The notes below the pieces were generated by a model. It ran no database searches. It was given only the letters and a program-made list of their open reading frames with translations, and was not told where the DNA came from. The position numbers and the translations under genes are program-made. DNA of 63,650 nucleotides, filler included, from Asterionella formosa (taxonomy: Eukaryota): the NCBI GenBank assembly GCA_002256025.1. It is 14 parts of 14 records of this genome, joined end to end, with 100 filler letters (N's around TTAATTAATTAA, not from the genome) between each part and the next. Parts side by side here need not be neighbours in the genome. Positions count along the whole stretch, not along the records: positions 1 to 16,948 come from NKIB01004656.1; 13 more parts are not named here. One strand, 5' to 3'. Of this stretch, positions 1 through 11,912 are shown piece by piece; position 1 is the first letter of the stretch; each line of letters opens with the position of its first letter.

Positions 1-2
1 CC

Positions 3-788
3 ATGAGCAGGCAGTTGGAGATCAGCTTTAAGTCCAATCTTCTTGTTTTGGCTGGAGTTCCACAAGGTTAGTCACTTCGGGGAAGTGAACAAAGTGGAAT
101 TGTTGAACTGATGTTCATGGAAAATATTGACTAACTGATGGAAATTTTCATTGAAGTTACGCCAGGGAACAACAGTGTGCCTGCCATTAGAGTTCGTAAT
201 GATCTAGTGGCCATTTCTCGTCCAGTAAGCACAACTCCGGCATCTTCCATCAGTGGATTGACTCCACAAGTTATTTCAGGAAGAACTTCAAGGATAACAA
301 CTGGTAGTACTAAGAGTGCAAAGAGTTCAAAGAGTACAAAGAGTTTGAACGTGATTATTCACTTTCCCCCAGACCAAGTCAAGGGTGCCACAGATTGGTA
401 CTTCCAAGAGATGAAGAAAAAGATGTATGTGGAGCTTCAGATGAAGGAAAAGAGTGAAATTTATAAGGCTTGTATTGATCAGAACATTGCACCCCCAGAC
501 CTTTTTGGAGATGAAATTAAAGAAGGGATGATGAATGACGAGAGCTACATTAAAAAATTCGAGGAGGTTGCAGCAAAGGGCGAGAGGAAATACAAAGTGG
601 CTAAGAAGAAGATCTACGCAAAGTTGCACAGGGACTTTTACAGGTTCAAGAAAAGCAAATTAGACGAAGAATCAGTGGAGACGACAGATGAAAGAATCGA
701 GGTGGCAAATGGAACTAGGAGTGAATATGAGTATTTCAAACGGTCAATGAAAGGAGTTGCAAGACAATTGAACTTCACTCCAGTTTAG
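3..788 (+). pseudogene. Unknown lysine/glutamate-rich protein; 216-aa ORF (138..788) whose frame continues upstream through two stop codons
   Basis: Reading from ATG at 3 in the same frame gives MSRQLEISFKSNLLVLAGVPQG*SLRGSEQSGIVELMFMENID*LMEIF. The TAG and TAA stops are compatible with C>T changes. No family recognised. Confidence 0.35.
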
Positions 789-879
789 AGAAAAATGAAT
801 TTCAATTTTGACGAAATGACTTTTGTCAAAGGGCAAATGAACTAGGAACCAAAATTATTACTAATATTACTGATTTACT

Positions 880-1610
880 AATTCAATTGTTGACAGCAAC
901 TCATTCTTTCCTTCTTTTTCTATTATTGTACTTGCTAGAGTTATCGCTCTTTCGAGTATTTGGAGCTGCTCCAAAAAGAAGGATGCCATTGCGGCAAATC
1001 TCAATTTTGAAGCAATACGGCAACATGCATTGAATGTTAAAATATGCAGCAGCTGTTTCAAAACGAATTTATGAATTCGATCGTTGACAGCTGCTCCTCC
1101 TCTGCTTCTTTTTCTACTTTGTACTTGCTAGAGTTATCGCTGTAGACTATTTGTAGCTGCTCCGAAACGGAGAAGGCCATTGCGGCACATCTCAATTTTG
1201 ACTCACTACGGCGATATGCAAGGATAATATATGCAACACCTGTTTCTTAATGAAATAACGGATTCAATTCCTTATTGTCAGCTACTCATCCTTTCCTTCT
1301 TTTTCTATTATTGTACTTGCTAGAGTTTCTGCTGTAGACTATTTGTAGCTGCTCCGAAACGGAGAAGGCCATTGCGGCACATCTCAATTTTGACTCACTA
1401 CGGCGACATGCAAGGTTAAAATATGCAACAGCTGTTTCTTAACGAATTTACGGATTCAATTCCTTATTGTCAGCTGCTCATCCTTTCCTTCTTTTTCTAT
1501 TATTGTACTTGCTAGAGTTATCGCTGTAGACTATTTGTAGGTGCTCCGAAACGGAGAAGGCCATTGTGGCACATCTCAATTTCGATTCACTACGGAGACA
1601 TGCAATGCTA
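880..1610. repeat. Tandem repeat, about 192-bp unit, about 4 copies
   Basis: GTACTTGCTAGAG recurs at about 928, 1121, 1313 and 1505 with conserved intervening sequence (GCTGCTCCGAAACGGAGAAGGCCATTGCGGCACATCTCAATTTTGA). Confidence 0.9.
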
Positions 1611-2200
1611 AACGATGCTAAACGAGTACCAACGCTGCTTTATTTCTAATCTGGCAGGCTATTGTAATCTCTACAATCAACAATGACCAAACAATATTTC
1701 TACAACATCAACTACTAGTACTACTACTACGTGTGCTGAATTCTACAGTGTGAATCTTCCTCTTGCATGTATTATTCTTTGCCAGTTCAGATCAAAGAAA
1801 TATGTCAGAGCATAAAAATAATAAGTGAATCGGAATTGGCGACTCTTTCGTTCATTATATGGTGAAAGCAGCATAATTTCGCTCTTATACTGTCGCGATG
1901 GCTAGTTGGTCAACATATATTGTCACGAACACACATAATTATTCGATAAGTGAAATAAATTTTTGTTTAACCCGAATAAATTAGGGAAAAAGTAACATAA
2001 TATTTCAAAAAAGTAGCATAAATACGTCACTTTAGACATAAATTCGAAAAAGTGCCGCAAACGGGGTTTTAGATGTCGCACACTCCGATGTACATGCCGG
2101 ATTCTTTTTTCTTCACGCCGCGCAGTGCGCATTTTGATTCTGGGCAGTCTCTTGCAATATGCCCGACATATTTATTGCAATTATAGCACTTGATCTCATT

Positions 2201-2809
2201 TTATTGGTTCGTCCCATTTGCATTTGCTCCGCTTGTGTTCATTTTCGATTGGCACACGGCACATGGCACATGGCACGCGGCGCCCTTGTTTGCCGCAGTT
2301 TTTGCAAATACCTTTGTATTTCTGCGTGAATAGGGCGATGTGCTCTTCGTGCCCTTTAACTTTCTTTTGTAGAATGCTCGGATTTTGCTTTTCAATTCGT
2401 TGAGGCTGATTGTTGTCATGGCCTTGACGACTGTAACAACCTCGCTGTCCACAACTGGAAGCTTGTCGATAATGTTTGCAATCACTTCCATTTCTTTCTT
2501 CTCGAATGACAAGTCGATCGCCTTCATCTTGCTTTGTATAAGATTGAGCTCCATGAACCATTCGTCTAGATCAGAGGAGCTATTGTTCAGCTTGCATTTG
2601 TTAAATTCGCTAGCAAGCAGCTGAATCAGGTCCGACACAGGATTGGGGGCATACCTTGCTTCGAGGTTCTTTCATACCATTTATGCATCGCCATCGATCA
2701 ACGTTTTCGTTTTTGCTTGTTGGTTTACGATTCCGAAGGCAATTCCAGTGCAGCTCATGATAAGCAACTGGTAAGCCTTGTTGTTGGCTTCATAGATTGC
2801 ACTGACTCC
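2201..2809 (-). mobile_element. Ty1/copia gag remnant (UBN2/gag-like, diatom CoDi type), with stops
   Basis: Minus strand reads NNKAYQLLIMSCTGIAFGIVNQQAKTKTLIDGDA*MV*KNLEARYAPNPVSDLIQLLASEFNKCKL...DEWFMEL...VIANIIDKLP...LNELKSKIRAFYKR, a typical copia gag pattern. Confidence 0.75.
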
Positions 2810-2817
2810 TTTGTACC

Positions 2818-3015
2818 ACTCACACTTACTGGCTGATCATAGGTTCTTAACCATTGATCATTTACTTTCAAACTATCGGTCTTCCAAAATAGCTTATATT
2901 GTCCAGAGCTCATTATATACCAGTAACAATGTTGAATGTGTGGTTGATGAGCACTTGGTACATCAAAGTTGACTCATTCAAATCATTTGACTCGTTTGAC
3001 TGTGAGTCATAACTA
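2818..3015 (-). repeat. Dispersed repeat, homologous (inverted) to 48177..48412
   Basis: Reverse complement shares AGTTATGACTCACAGTC..ATGAGTC..TGTACCAA..CATCAACCACA..ATAATGAGC and ATGATCAATGG..TATGATCA..TGTGAG with the 48.2-48.4 kb copy. Confidence 0.7.
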
Positions 3016-6000
3016 TGTTGATGAGCCTCACTTTAACAAAAATGGCCCCTGGATTAAACTGGAGAAAATCATAGGAGTCAAAATGGCCCCGGATAAATTT
3101 GAAAAATCAATGCAACTGTTTCCGGATGGATAGAGTGTTACCAATTAAAATGTTCCAGTCTACTAAGTGAGTCTGCGTCGAGCGCCCTGGCCAAGGGGTA
3201 CCTCGTCCCACATTGGCATTTCACGATTTAATTAGAATATCACCAGAATGGAGAAAAACGATTGTACAATGATTGAATTCAAAATGGAATACTCTCTTCT
3301 GAAAGCAGAGCCTCCGTAATTAACCCCTTATATGCCATGGACCAAAAAGAGAGGAATCGCGTTGGTAGTACTACCGGTAGTAGTCTTTAGACACAGCGGC
3401 AACAGAGCTGACAACAGACCACAGCAGCAACAGACCTTACAACAATAATTACAGTGATCATGATATGGCGACGACACCTGAAACCAAACAAACTCCACAA
3501 TACCAATGGGAAAAACAGAAATGGACATGCCATATTGATTCCAATGGAATAAGAATGCAGTCAACACAACAACGATGAAAATTATATTGGACACAAAGAA
3601 AAGAAATAAATAAATAGTAAAAAATCTACAAATGACAACAATGATGTCAAACATATATTTATATATTGATAAATATGGAAAACCCAAGTACTGATTCCAG
3701 CACACAAGAGCTCGTCAATAAAATCCAGCAAACGATGAAAATAACAAGGGACAGAAGCAAGTACAGTGCTCACAATTTATCAAACTATGATTTAATCAGG
3801 ACACAAAAAAAGGAAGAAAGACATAGATACATCTACAAGCTACGACGACGATGCAAGTACAATGAATGATAAATACGGAAAAGCTACCGGGCCACCCCAT
3901 GCTCAGTTCACAGGTAAAACTCACCAAACAAAAATGAAAGGTCAGGCAGGAAAAAATACAGCACAGTGCTCGATCTATCAAACTGTGAAAATTGGACACA
4001 AACAAAAGAAAGAAAGACGTTGCAAACTACAAAGACAATGCCAGATGTACTGTTAACAAATACAGAAAACCTGATTCCGCCCCACAAAGGTTCATCGATA
4101 CGTGCAAACAATGAAAGGGCACGACCCAGCAGCAAAAATTACATTGATCACAATCTATCAAACAATCCGATTGATTCAGAAATGACTTTGGAACGAATTT
4201 TCGGAGCACCAAAGGTAAAACATATCAATCACCGAAGTTGTTCTACGAAATCACAACTTGCTCCACAGTGTGAATAATGTAACTTATCAATTTTTCCCGT
4301 GTTTCTTCTTCATTACTAGTGCGATTATAAGTTTAGTTTAACGTACTTTAAAATTTCATTTCACCCTCTTAGTTTAGTTTTAACGTACTTTTTATAATTT
4401 TATTACCCCCTATCGTCTAAACAAATTTATTCCAGCATACATTCATATCGTGTCTGGAAGCGGTAAAACTCGTGGCCCTCTTATTATACTTATATATTTA
4501 CCATGGTCCTTCCTGCATTCTTCTCTTGCGTGATAGCGTGGTCCTTGCTCAAATGAAACTAACCAAACTTATATGCACCATGTGATTGAAACCTGTGAAG
4601 TCAAAATAACACCAAATAAAACATGGCTATTTATTTCGCAAACCAGTTTAATTCTGATACAACAAAAGCAATCATCGAGACTCTGGTCTTGCTTGGAACT
4701 TTAAATAAATTCTTTGAATCACCTTTATGGAAATCTCGCCTCAAAAGGAATCAAAGAATAAATTGAAGATTGATTCATTCGAAGCCACAAATGGGGTAAT
4801 TTCAAATCGTTTGAAAACCAAAGATGAAAATCTAGCATTTATTTGACCAGAAACGAACGCCAGTAACCTAATTCTAGACAACGAAAGGGCATGTGTGGTT
4901 TCTTTTTGCTCATAAATTATGGATTTAACAAATGCTATAAATTCCGCAATGGTATTCAACAAAAATCTTCATTTTGCTGCACATGTGATGATAGTAACAC
5001 AGTTAACCGCGCCAGGTCATATATGAAAGAATAAAACAAAACAGTACTGAAATCCCTGATGTTGAATATAAGCGCCATTTATCCTCGAAAAACTAGCCAT
5101 TTATATTTTGCGGTATACAAAAGACCCCATCACACAAAAAGAGACATTTGAGCGGAATACTAAAAATTTCAAGATAGCTCAAAGACCTTTGCCATCACCG
5201 TTAGCGAAGGAAATCGAGTTGTTTGAAAGAATAATGGTTGAGAAGTTCAAAACAGAATTAAAAAATGTTCAGATACACGCCTGTTTCTTTCCTGATTCAG
5301 TTCTATTAATTAATTCGATCACTGTTGAGATATGCTAAATAGGCGTTGATGATGCAACTATTATAACAGGAGAAGGAATGGACACAAAAACAAACAAAAT
5401 GAATAAATTAGAGTAATTAAATCCGTCATTAACTACTTAATGAATCAAATAAGCCCTCGTCACAATTAATAAGTCAATGAAGTGTGCTAAAGACGTCGAG
5501 AGCGAAGACAAAAAGTAAGTTAAATTATGGGATGCGTTTTCGTCAAGGTGAGAAATGTGTTGTCGATGAGTCTTGGTCAAGATGAGAGATGTATTGGCGA
5601 TCTGGTGTGGTGACGAAATGATTTGAACGTCACTGAGAAATCTAACGCTTTCTCATACAAATTGGACAGCATGGATTTGTTTGGAAATGTCGAGTCATGC
5701 ATTTAACATAATTACCTGAGATAAATGACAGAATAAAAGAATGCTTTGAACATAAAAACCTACAATGAAAATATCATTCTTGCAGTCATGTGTACTTAAT
5801 GAAAAAGATGGTCTCTCTGTTTAGTGTATAGAATATTCCCCGAAAATGTCCTCAAATAGTTTCCAGATATAACAAAGCCTTTTTCCGTCAGGGAAACCTA
5901 TGAATGTACTTTGATCACAACTACCTACGATGTGAATCACTGTTTAGTTTCGTCATGATTGCTAATCATATTCAATACGAAATTTGATTGTCATCATATG

Positions 6001-7079
6001 GGCTTTGCATGTTAAATAAATGAATTTCTTTTTAATTTCGCTGAATTCAAACCTTCAGGATGTGTGTGTGTGGCGTGGAATTTTTAATTTGTTAGAGTAT
6101 AGGGTCATTTATTGCTTGGTGGTGTGCATCCCAGCCAGCAAAATGGGAGTCAAGTAACGAGAAATTGAGTGGATGAACCTGGAAATTCTCTATTAAAAAA
6201 ATCCAGCGCTGAGGAAAAAATCTAGAAATTCTCTAGCAAAAAAATTCAGCGCATTGCCCAAGTAATGGACGCATAATTCAAAAAATTCTAAGGGCATTGA
6301 AACATTTTGTGACAGAGAGAGCGGTAGATAGTAGATGAGTGAGAGAGGATGATGACGTGGGAAGGATACTGGATGGATGGTTCTCGAAGTGTGCACTGTA
6401 TTAATATATAAAAGGCAGCAAGGGCATTACATTATTTTAATTTATGTACAGCGCCAACTAATCCAACTTTGAATTGGTGGCGAATTTGGTCGCTTTCTTT
6501 TGTTGATTGAGAGCGTCGATAGGAGTGAATCCTGTTATCATATTTCTAGTGGGTTAAGGAGGGACAGCAGTGGATGCTGCTGTCTCATCTGACGATACAG
6601 GTGGGGACAGAAAATTGAGCAGCAGCCTTTGGAGGCTCCTGAGTAAGAGGGTATAAAATACCCTGGAAGTTGCAAGTTGCAATACTGAAAATCGTTTTTT
6701 ATTTGTAAAAATTATGCTGATAACGATTGCCAATTATTGAATGAGATAGACGAATGAAAATTATTAGTTTTATTAGATTAAGTACTGTAATTTAATTCTA
6801 TGCTGAGCGTCCTGCTCTTGATTGTGTTCTTTCTTTACCAGCTTACATTTTCTAGCTAGTTGAATAATATCAATAACATCCATTTTCATGGATTTCTTCA
6901 CATCATTACTTCCTTTTTGACTATGATCAGCCCTGAAGAAGAAGGAAAAACCTGTAGCTCCAAATCCACATTGATTCATTGCCATCATCACTGAGACATC
7001 CAATGAGTTTTCCAATAACTCGCATGGAGGAATCCTCAGCACACCTCCCAATGTAGCTAGGACTTCGCATTTGTGGTTA

Positions 7080-7326
7080 AGGGCCCTCCAGATAGCAACA
7101 AACCTTGCCATCCTCCCTTGTGCCCACTTATCTCCTGACACAATGACTGCTTACTAGCAGTCCTTTATCCCAGAAGTTGTCAAAATGACGACTTCATGAA
7201 ACATGATGCAGTCTGGCACAATAATTCTGGCACAATAATGCAGCCACACCAGATAATATCAATGGTGTCACAAGAATGGCAGTTGTTGCTGGCATTGAGA
7301 CCCAAGACTTGCCTATCAATTGCCAT
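7080..7326 (-). pseudogene. Decayed small Cys-containing protein (LGxNASNNxxSC family), homologous to 56295..56450
   Basis: Reads RQVLGLNASNNCHSCD..WCGCIIVPDCIMFHEVVIL...**AVIV after removing a 14-bp tandem duplication (ATTATTGTGCCAGA x2). Confidence 0.45.
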
Positions 7327-7416
7327 TTCCGAAATGCCAATTTTTGTTTAGCAAGGCATTTTAAATCATGTTTGTTATCATACAGTCAGCCAGTCTAGTA
7401 GTAGGGTAGCTGGAAC

Positions 7417-7521
7417 CACTACATCTAAGCCGCGTATTACGTAAAATGACCATCACATAATTAAGCCTAGTTGATTTTGAATGCATCACATGAATTACCG
7501 GTAGTTGAATAAATCAACTAC

Positions 7522-7589
<68 letters not shown>

Positions 7590-7830
7590 AATTTATCTGA
7601 ATACATCACGTTAAATATTTGGTCAAAGTATCATGTATGCATTCCTGATCATCACTATATTACGTCATCACCTTCACGTAATTATTTGAAATACATCAAG
7701 TAATTATTGGAAATACTTCACGTAATTTCTGTAAAATGTAGTTTCCATTGCCTTGTTATTTCGTTCACATAATTCTAGAATAAAGTTCACTTAATATGTA
7801 AAATTTGTTTACGTAATTTTCTGGAGTTCA
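7417..7830. repeat. Dispersed repeat or probable DNA-transposon end, homologous to 17482..17830; contains a (TA)n microsatellite at about 7527..7583
   Basis: CTACATCTAAGCC..TATTACGT..TGACCATCAC..AAGCCTAGTTGATTTTGAATG and about 350 bp beyond align between the two copies. Many CACGTAATT-like subterminal motifs. Confidence 0.85.
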
Positions 7831-8133
7831 TTGAACTAAAATTATCTTGGTTGTTCAACTAATTATTATCTTGAAGGCCATTCCACTATTTTTCTGAAGG
7901 TTGTTCAACTATTTTACTGTAGGTAATTCAACTAAATTAAAGAGTTTCATCAATGAAATAAAATCTGCTCATTCGGAATGGCAGGCATCGCTCCTGCACT
8001 TATAGGGTTGGCTGCAATGTCAATTGAATGTAGAAGAAGATCAGTGGTAAGTAAGTGTTGCTCATAAAGCCGTCAAAATAGCGCAGTAATCTTACCAGAA
8101 AAACTTTCATTCCGGACCTCATTGTATGGGTTG

Positions 8134-9290
8134 TCAACAACAATGCGTGAGCTGACAAGCCATACTAGCATTTAGAAGTACACAATAAAAGCACACTCGC
8201 CACTTATCATCGGCAGTCATATTTTTGTTCATTGCAAGACTCTGACCATCAAGTTTTGGTATATAAGACCAAGGGGGCGCCAAGCAATGACATTGTTCCT
8301 TACAAGTTGTATGGAAAATCCCAAGAGAAAACAAAACTGGCTCCATGGAGAATTTAGAATTTTCTACAGTGTGTATCAATGAAAAACATGAGAGGGACGA
8401 GAAAATCATTGGGTTGAATGCACAGGCAGTTGTGAGCTTTTCAATCCACCAACTCCCGGTGTGTAATTCTGAACGGACATCAGACGGTTGTGGAGCCTTG
8501 CAGAATCAGAAAAATCAAATGAAACATTATTGGGATGCAATTAATCTGGGATTGGAAAGTAAGCTCTTGATTGCAACAAGAAAATCAAAGCAAGCAACGT
8601 CGACACTTCTACCACAGTGGAGGGTGACTGCCTTAACACATGGCTTTTGGTATTCCATCTCACGCCGGGTAAACAGATCTTTGAGATGTGTGTTACGACG
8701 TCGAGGAAAAGCTTCTAAAATCGTCATTCCTGCCATTTGAGAAGAGACATGCCATTTAAGAATTGCATCATAAAGATAGAATGGTGACCTACTACCAAGT
8801 AAAATGCTAAGTAGCTCCGTTTTTACAACATCCTTTTGTGTGTAGGCTGTACCTGGACCTTCTTGGCAAAATCGGAAGTTGGTAGGGCTTACAACGTCGT
8901 TTATTTCTCCGTTCTGAATGATTGGACTGCTAATAGCAGCAGCATCATGATCTACTAAACTATCAAGGAAATTTTTATAAACCATTATCATAGTCATCAG
9001 CATCAAAACAAACTGTTTGAACGAAATCAATGGCTGGTGGCGATTGTTTCAGGAATTTCGCAAGGGGGTCTTGAGAGTGGTGTCGTCCATCTCTTCGCGA
9101 AGTCTAGCTACCATTGATGATTTCTGCGATGCTTGAATCTGAGATTGAATCATATACTGTTGCCCACACAAGGGGCTGTGTCTGTGATGACCACAAATTG
9201 ATTTAAAAGGACCTTTACCACAGAATTGACATTTGTCCTCGTCGTTATTGTCACACAGATCCATGATATTTGCTATCATTGCAGTGCTGT
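8134..9290 (-). mobile_element. Plavaka-type DNA transposase pseudogene with N-terminal Zn-finger-like motif
   Basis: Across frameshifts: CQFCGKGPFKSICGHHRHSPLC ... VACFDFLVAIKSLLSNPRL ... SELHTGSWW ... DFLVPLMFFIDTH ... FSMEPVLFSLGIF ... RNNVIAWRPLG/YIPKL. Motif order matches the Plavaka transposase family. Confidence 0.7.
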
Positions 9291-9811
9291 GTCGGTGAGA
9301 GAAAAATAAGAATAACCGGTAGCTCAAGTTTGCTGAACAAGCAAGTATCAGTATCAGTCTCTAATAAGCTTTAGGCTTCTGGATTGGTAACTTGAATGGA
9401 CCTTGTTCGGCACATAAAGGCAATGTCGCTTAATGGAAAAAATGAAGGAGGGATTAGGTGTGATCCAATTGCATCTCAAAAATTCCAGTGCTTCCAGTAC
9501 TCCACTGTCCCACCTGTCATCCACCACTGATGATTTTGATGTAGCAGATGATTCCAAATGAAGGAAAAATAATATAGATTACATGTCAATGCTAGTATGA
9601 TTGATTAGAAAGCTAGGCTATCACTCTAGCTAATTGGAAAAACGGAAGGTTTTTCTATTCTAGAATACCAATATACAAATGCATAGTCATATTAGTTTTT
9701 GATGGGCAGTTTAGATAGGCGTAGTACTAGCTGCGTAAGAATAAGGAATTTTCAGGAAACGTGGTGCTACAATTATTCAAAAAACTACAGGTACAGACTA
9801 CCGGTAGCTAA

Positions 9812-10254
9812 GCGACTTCCTTTGATCCTCCGCCTCCTCCTTCGGTTGCCTTTTCTCGTTTTCTTCCTGTATAGGCATGTTTAACTGGTATGTATGGAAG
9901 TGTAGGAGCGGTCGTCATCTGATGAGTCGCTATTGTTGCTCATTTCATCAGGCAGATACATATGGATGAGTACCCTGGTATGCTACCACAAACCACGCAG
10001 TGCGTCCCATCATTTTCTTATTGGTAGTAATCGGGTTTATTAAAATAACGATACACATGTAATAAAATTCTAGTGCTATTTCTATTCGCTAAAAGTTTTG
10101 GCGCAAGATTTGACTATTCTAGGATTTGGTCGATGCGGTGGGAAAAAATATGAAAAATTCGACTATTGATAAAAAATTTCTCAACCAAGTGACGTGTATT
10201 GATATTTTCAACTGCAATTGGCTTTGGTATTTGGTCGATGCGGTGGTGATGCTC
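9812..10254 (-). mobile_element. Truncated PIF/Harbinger end (terminus GAGCATCACCACCGCATCGACCAAA, flanked by TAA)
   Basis: Plus strand ...TTTGGTCGATGCGGTGGTGATGCTC|TAA ends at 10254. TTTGGTCGATGCGGTGG is repeated at about 10125. Inward on the minus strand is an acidic-then-basic ORF start (MSNNSDSSDDD...RKKTRKGNRRRRRR). Partner end not found. Confidence 0.5.
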
Positions 10255-10464
10255 TAAATGATTCATGTATCCATTTTTATTCAGCATCCTACTTGCCTAA
10301 ATATACTAAAATCTAAATGGAGCACCTAATGCTGCCAGCATTGTCAGTTCTGAATAATCTACATTGGGGTTTAAGAAAGTGAGGTAGTACAGAGTACCTC
10401 CTGCCTCCTGGTACTAGGTCTACTTATGCATTCCTCATGGTACCACTGCATACCAGTTACTCCA

Positions 10465-10595
10465 GTATACATTGTATTACTCTGCCTGTCCAGCTCCCTG
10501 GATCATGGCTTAGCCTTCACCTTCCAATTGACCTCATCTTACCTCTCTATCACCCTTGGGTGGCCCAAAGATGACCCCCCTCCTTACAACTCTTT
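10465..10595 (+). mobile_element. Small Ty1/copia RT fragment, same lineage as the 19.5-20.4 kb remnant
   Basis: LLCLSSSLDHGLAF..TSSYLSITLGWPKDDPPP versus VLCYLSASADHGL..TASYLSTTFGWPKPNPHPP at about 20.0-20.1 kb. Confidence 0.6.
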
Positions 10596-10629
10596 CCTTC
10601 ATGCATTTATAGAATCATCACAAGGTCCT

Positions 10630-10965
10630 CTTTGGTTGGCACTCTAAGATATTCTTTCCCATACCTGTTGATTATTGCATTGCAGAAGTTTTACAGACTG
10701 TTGAGTGTTGTTGACTCTGCCATCCTTGATAAATTGTCCAACTGATCTGCCGACATTCCATGGCTGACATTCAAAGTGCCAAGGTAAGTTTTTGGTGTGG
10801 TGAAAATCGAGCAAACCCAAGCATTTCTTCTGAGAAAAATAGACATCCGAGGCAACCATTTCATCAAGAATTTTCTCAAACAATGACTGGCTCATGCCTC
10901 CTGAAAATTGCCATGGAGTAAATTGGGTGTTAACTGAAATAATCCTTTTTCAAAAGCTTGTCTGA
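10630..10965 (-). mobile_element. PIF/Harbinger transposase fragment (pseudogene)
   Basis: KDYFS*HPIYSMAIFRR..MSQSLFEKILDEMVASDVYFSQK..FSPHQKLTLAL*M..HGMSADQLDNLSRMAESTTLNSL*NFCNAIINRYGKEYLRVPT matches the N-terminal HTH region of PIF-type transposases. Confidence 0.7.
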
Positions 10966-11183
10966 TTACCAATATCTACGAAAGTGTGTACTATTCCCAC
11001 AGCCGCGCTCTACACAAGTGATACCACATAAAATACTGGTAAACTAATAAACACTCAGTTACCGATAGCTTTTTTTAAAAATCCGTCGTAATCGCTTTTT
11101 GATTCCAGCAGCATGCGCTCACTCATCCCTCTCAACGCTCACTCTCCCTTCTGCCAGACGAGCAGCGTCCCGGAGACCTTCGA

Positions 11184-11713
11184 AGATATTCTGAAATCAA
11201 TATAAACCCCCGGAGCACCAGTACATATGCTCTGCACATGTTTACACTATAAATTGTTTATCTATTCATGTACGTATGTCAGCATAAATGAATAGGAAGT
11301 CCGGCAGTAGAAAGCGCTGTGCATTTGGATTCAAAAACTTTCGGTTTCAGTCACTGGTAACAGAGTACTGCTCGCCATTCAATCGCCAAGTCGTCAACCA
11401 CGCTGAGAATTTGATTTTGGATACGATGACGTGTGGAAGTTGTGTGTGTATATAAGAAATATATATACCAGCACCACAACCCAGTTGTTGTCTGCCCACC
11501 TCCGCCAGCCGAGTACGCCAGTATTACCTAGGCCGTGTGGGCGGGACTGAAACCGAAAGTTAGCGAATCCAAACGCACAGCGCTTTCTACTGCCGGACTT
11601 CCTAATCATTTATCCTGACATCCGTACATGGATAGATAAACAATTTATACGGTAAGCATGTGCAGTGCATATGTACTGGTGCTCTGGGGGTTTATATCGA
11701 TTTCAGGATATCT
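11184..11713. mobile_element. Fold-back or MITE-like element with 169-bp terminal inverted repeats
   Basis: 11184..11352 is the reverse complement of 11545..11713 with 15 mismatches by hand count (about 91%). Spacer 192 bp. No TSD seen. Confidence 0.85.
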
Positions 11714-11912
11714 GTTATACACGAACGGACGCACTTCAGCACTCCGTATTGCCGTGTGACCAGGTAAAGGCTACCTGGTTGCCTATAGGAAACCCGCATT
11801 ATTTCGTGTTCCATATACCGCTACATATTAGTGTACCTAAATAATACATTGCTAAAATACCGGTAACCACAAGCACTTGCAATCTACCGGTATTCTCGTC
11901 AACTGCTTCGTC

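Noticed and set aside
3666..4277. Short ORFs with weak internal repeats
   Set aside because: Fragmentary, low-complexity and unassignable.
4500..6000. Possible decayed cyclin or transposase fragments
   Set aside because: Only vague resemblance; no convincing conserved motif in any frame.
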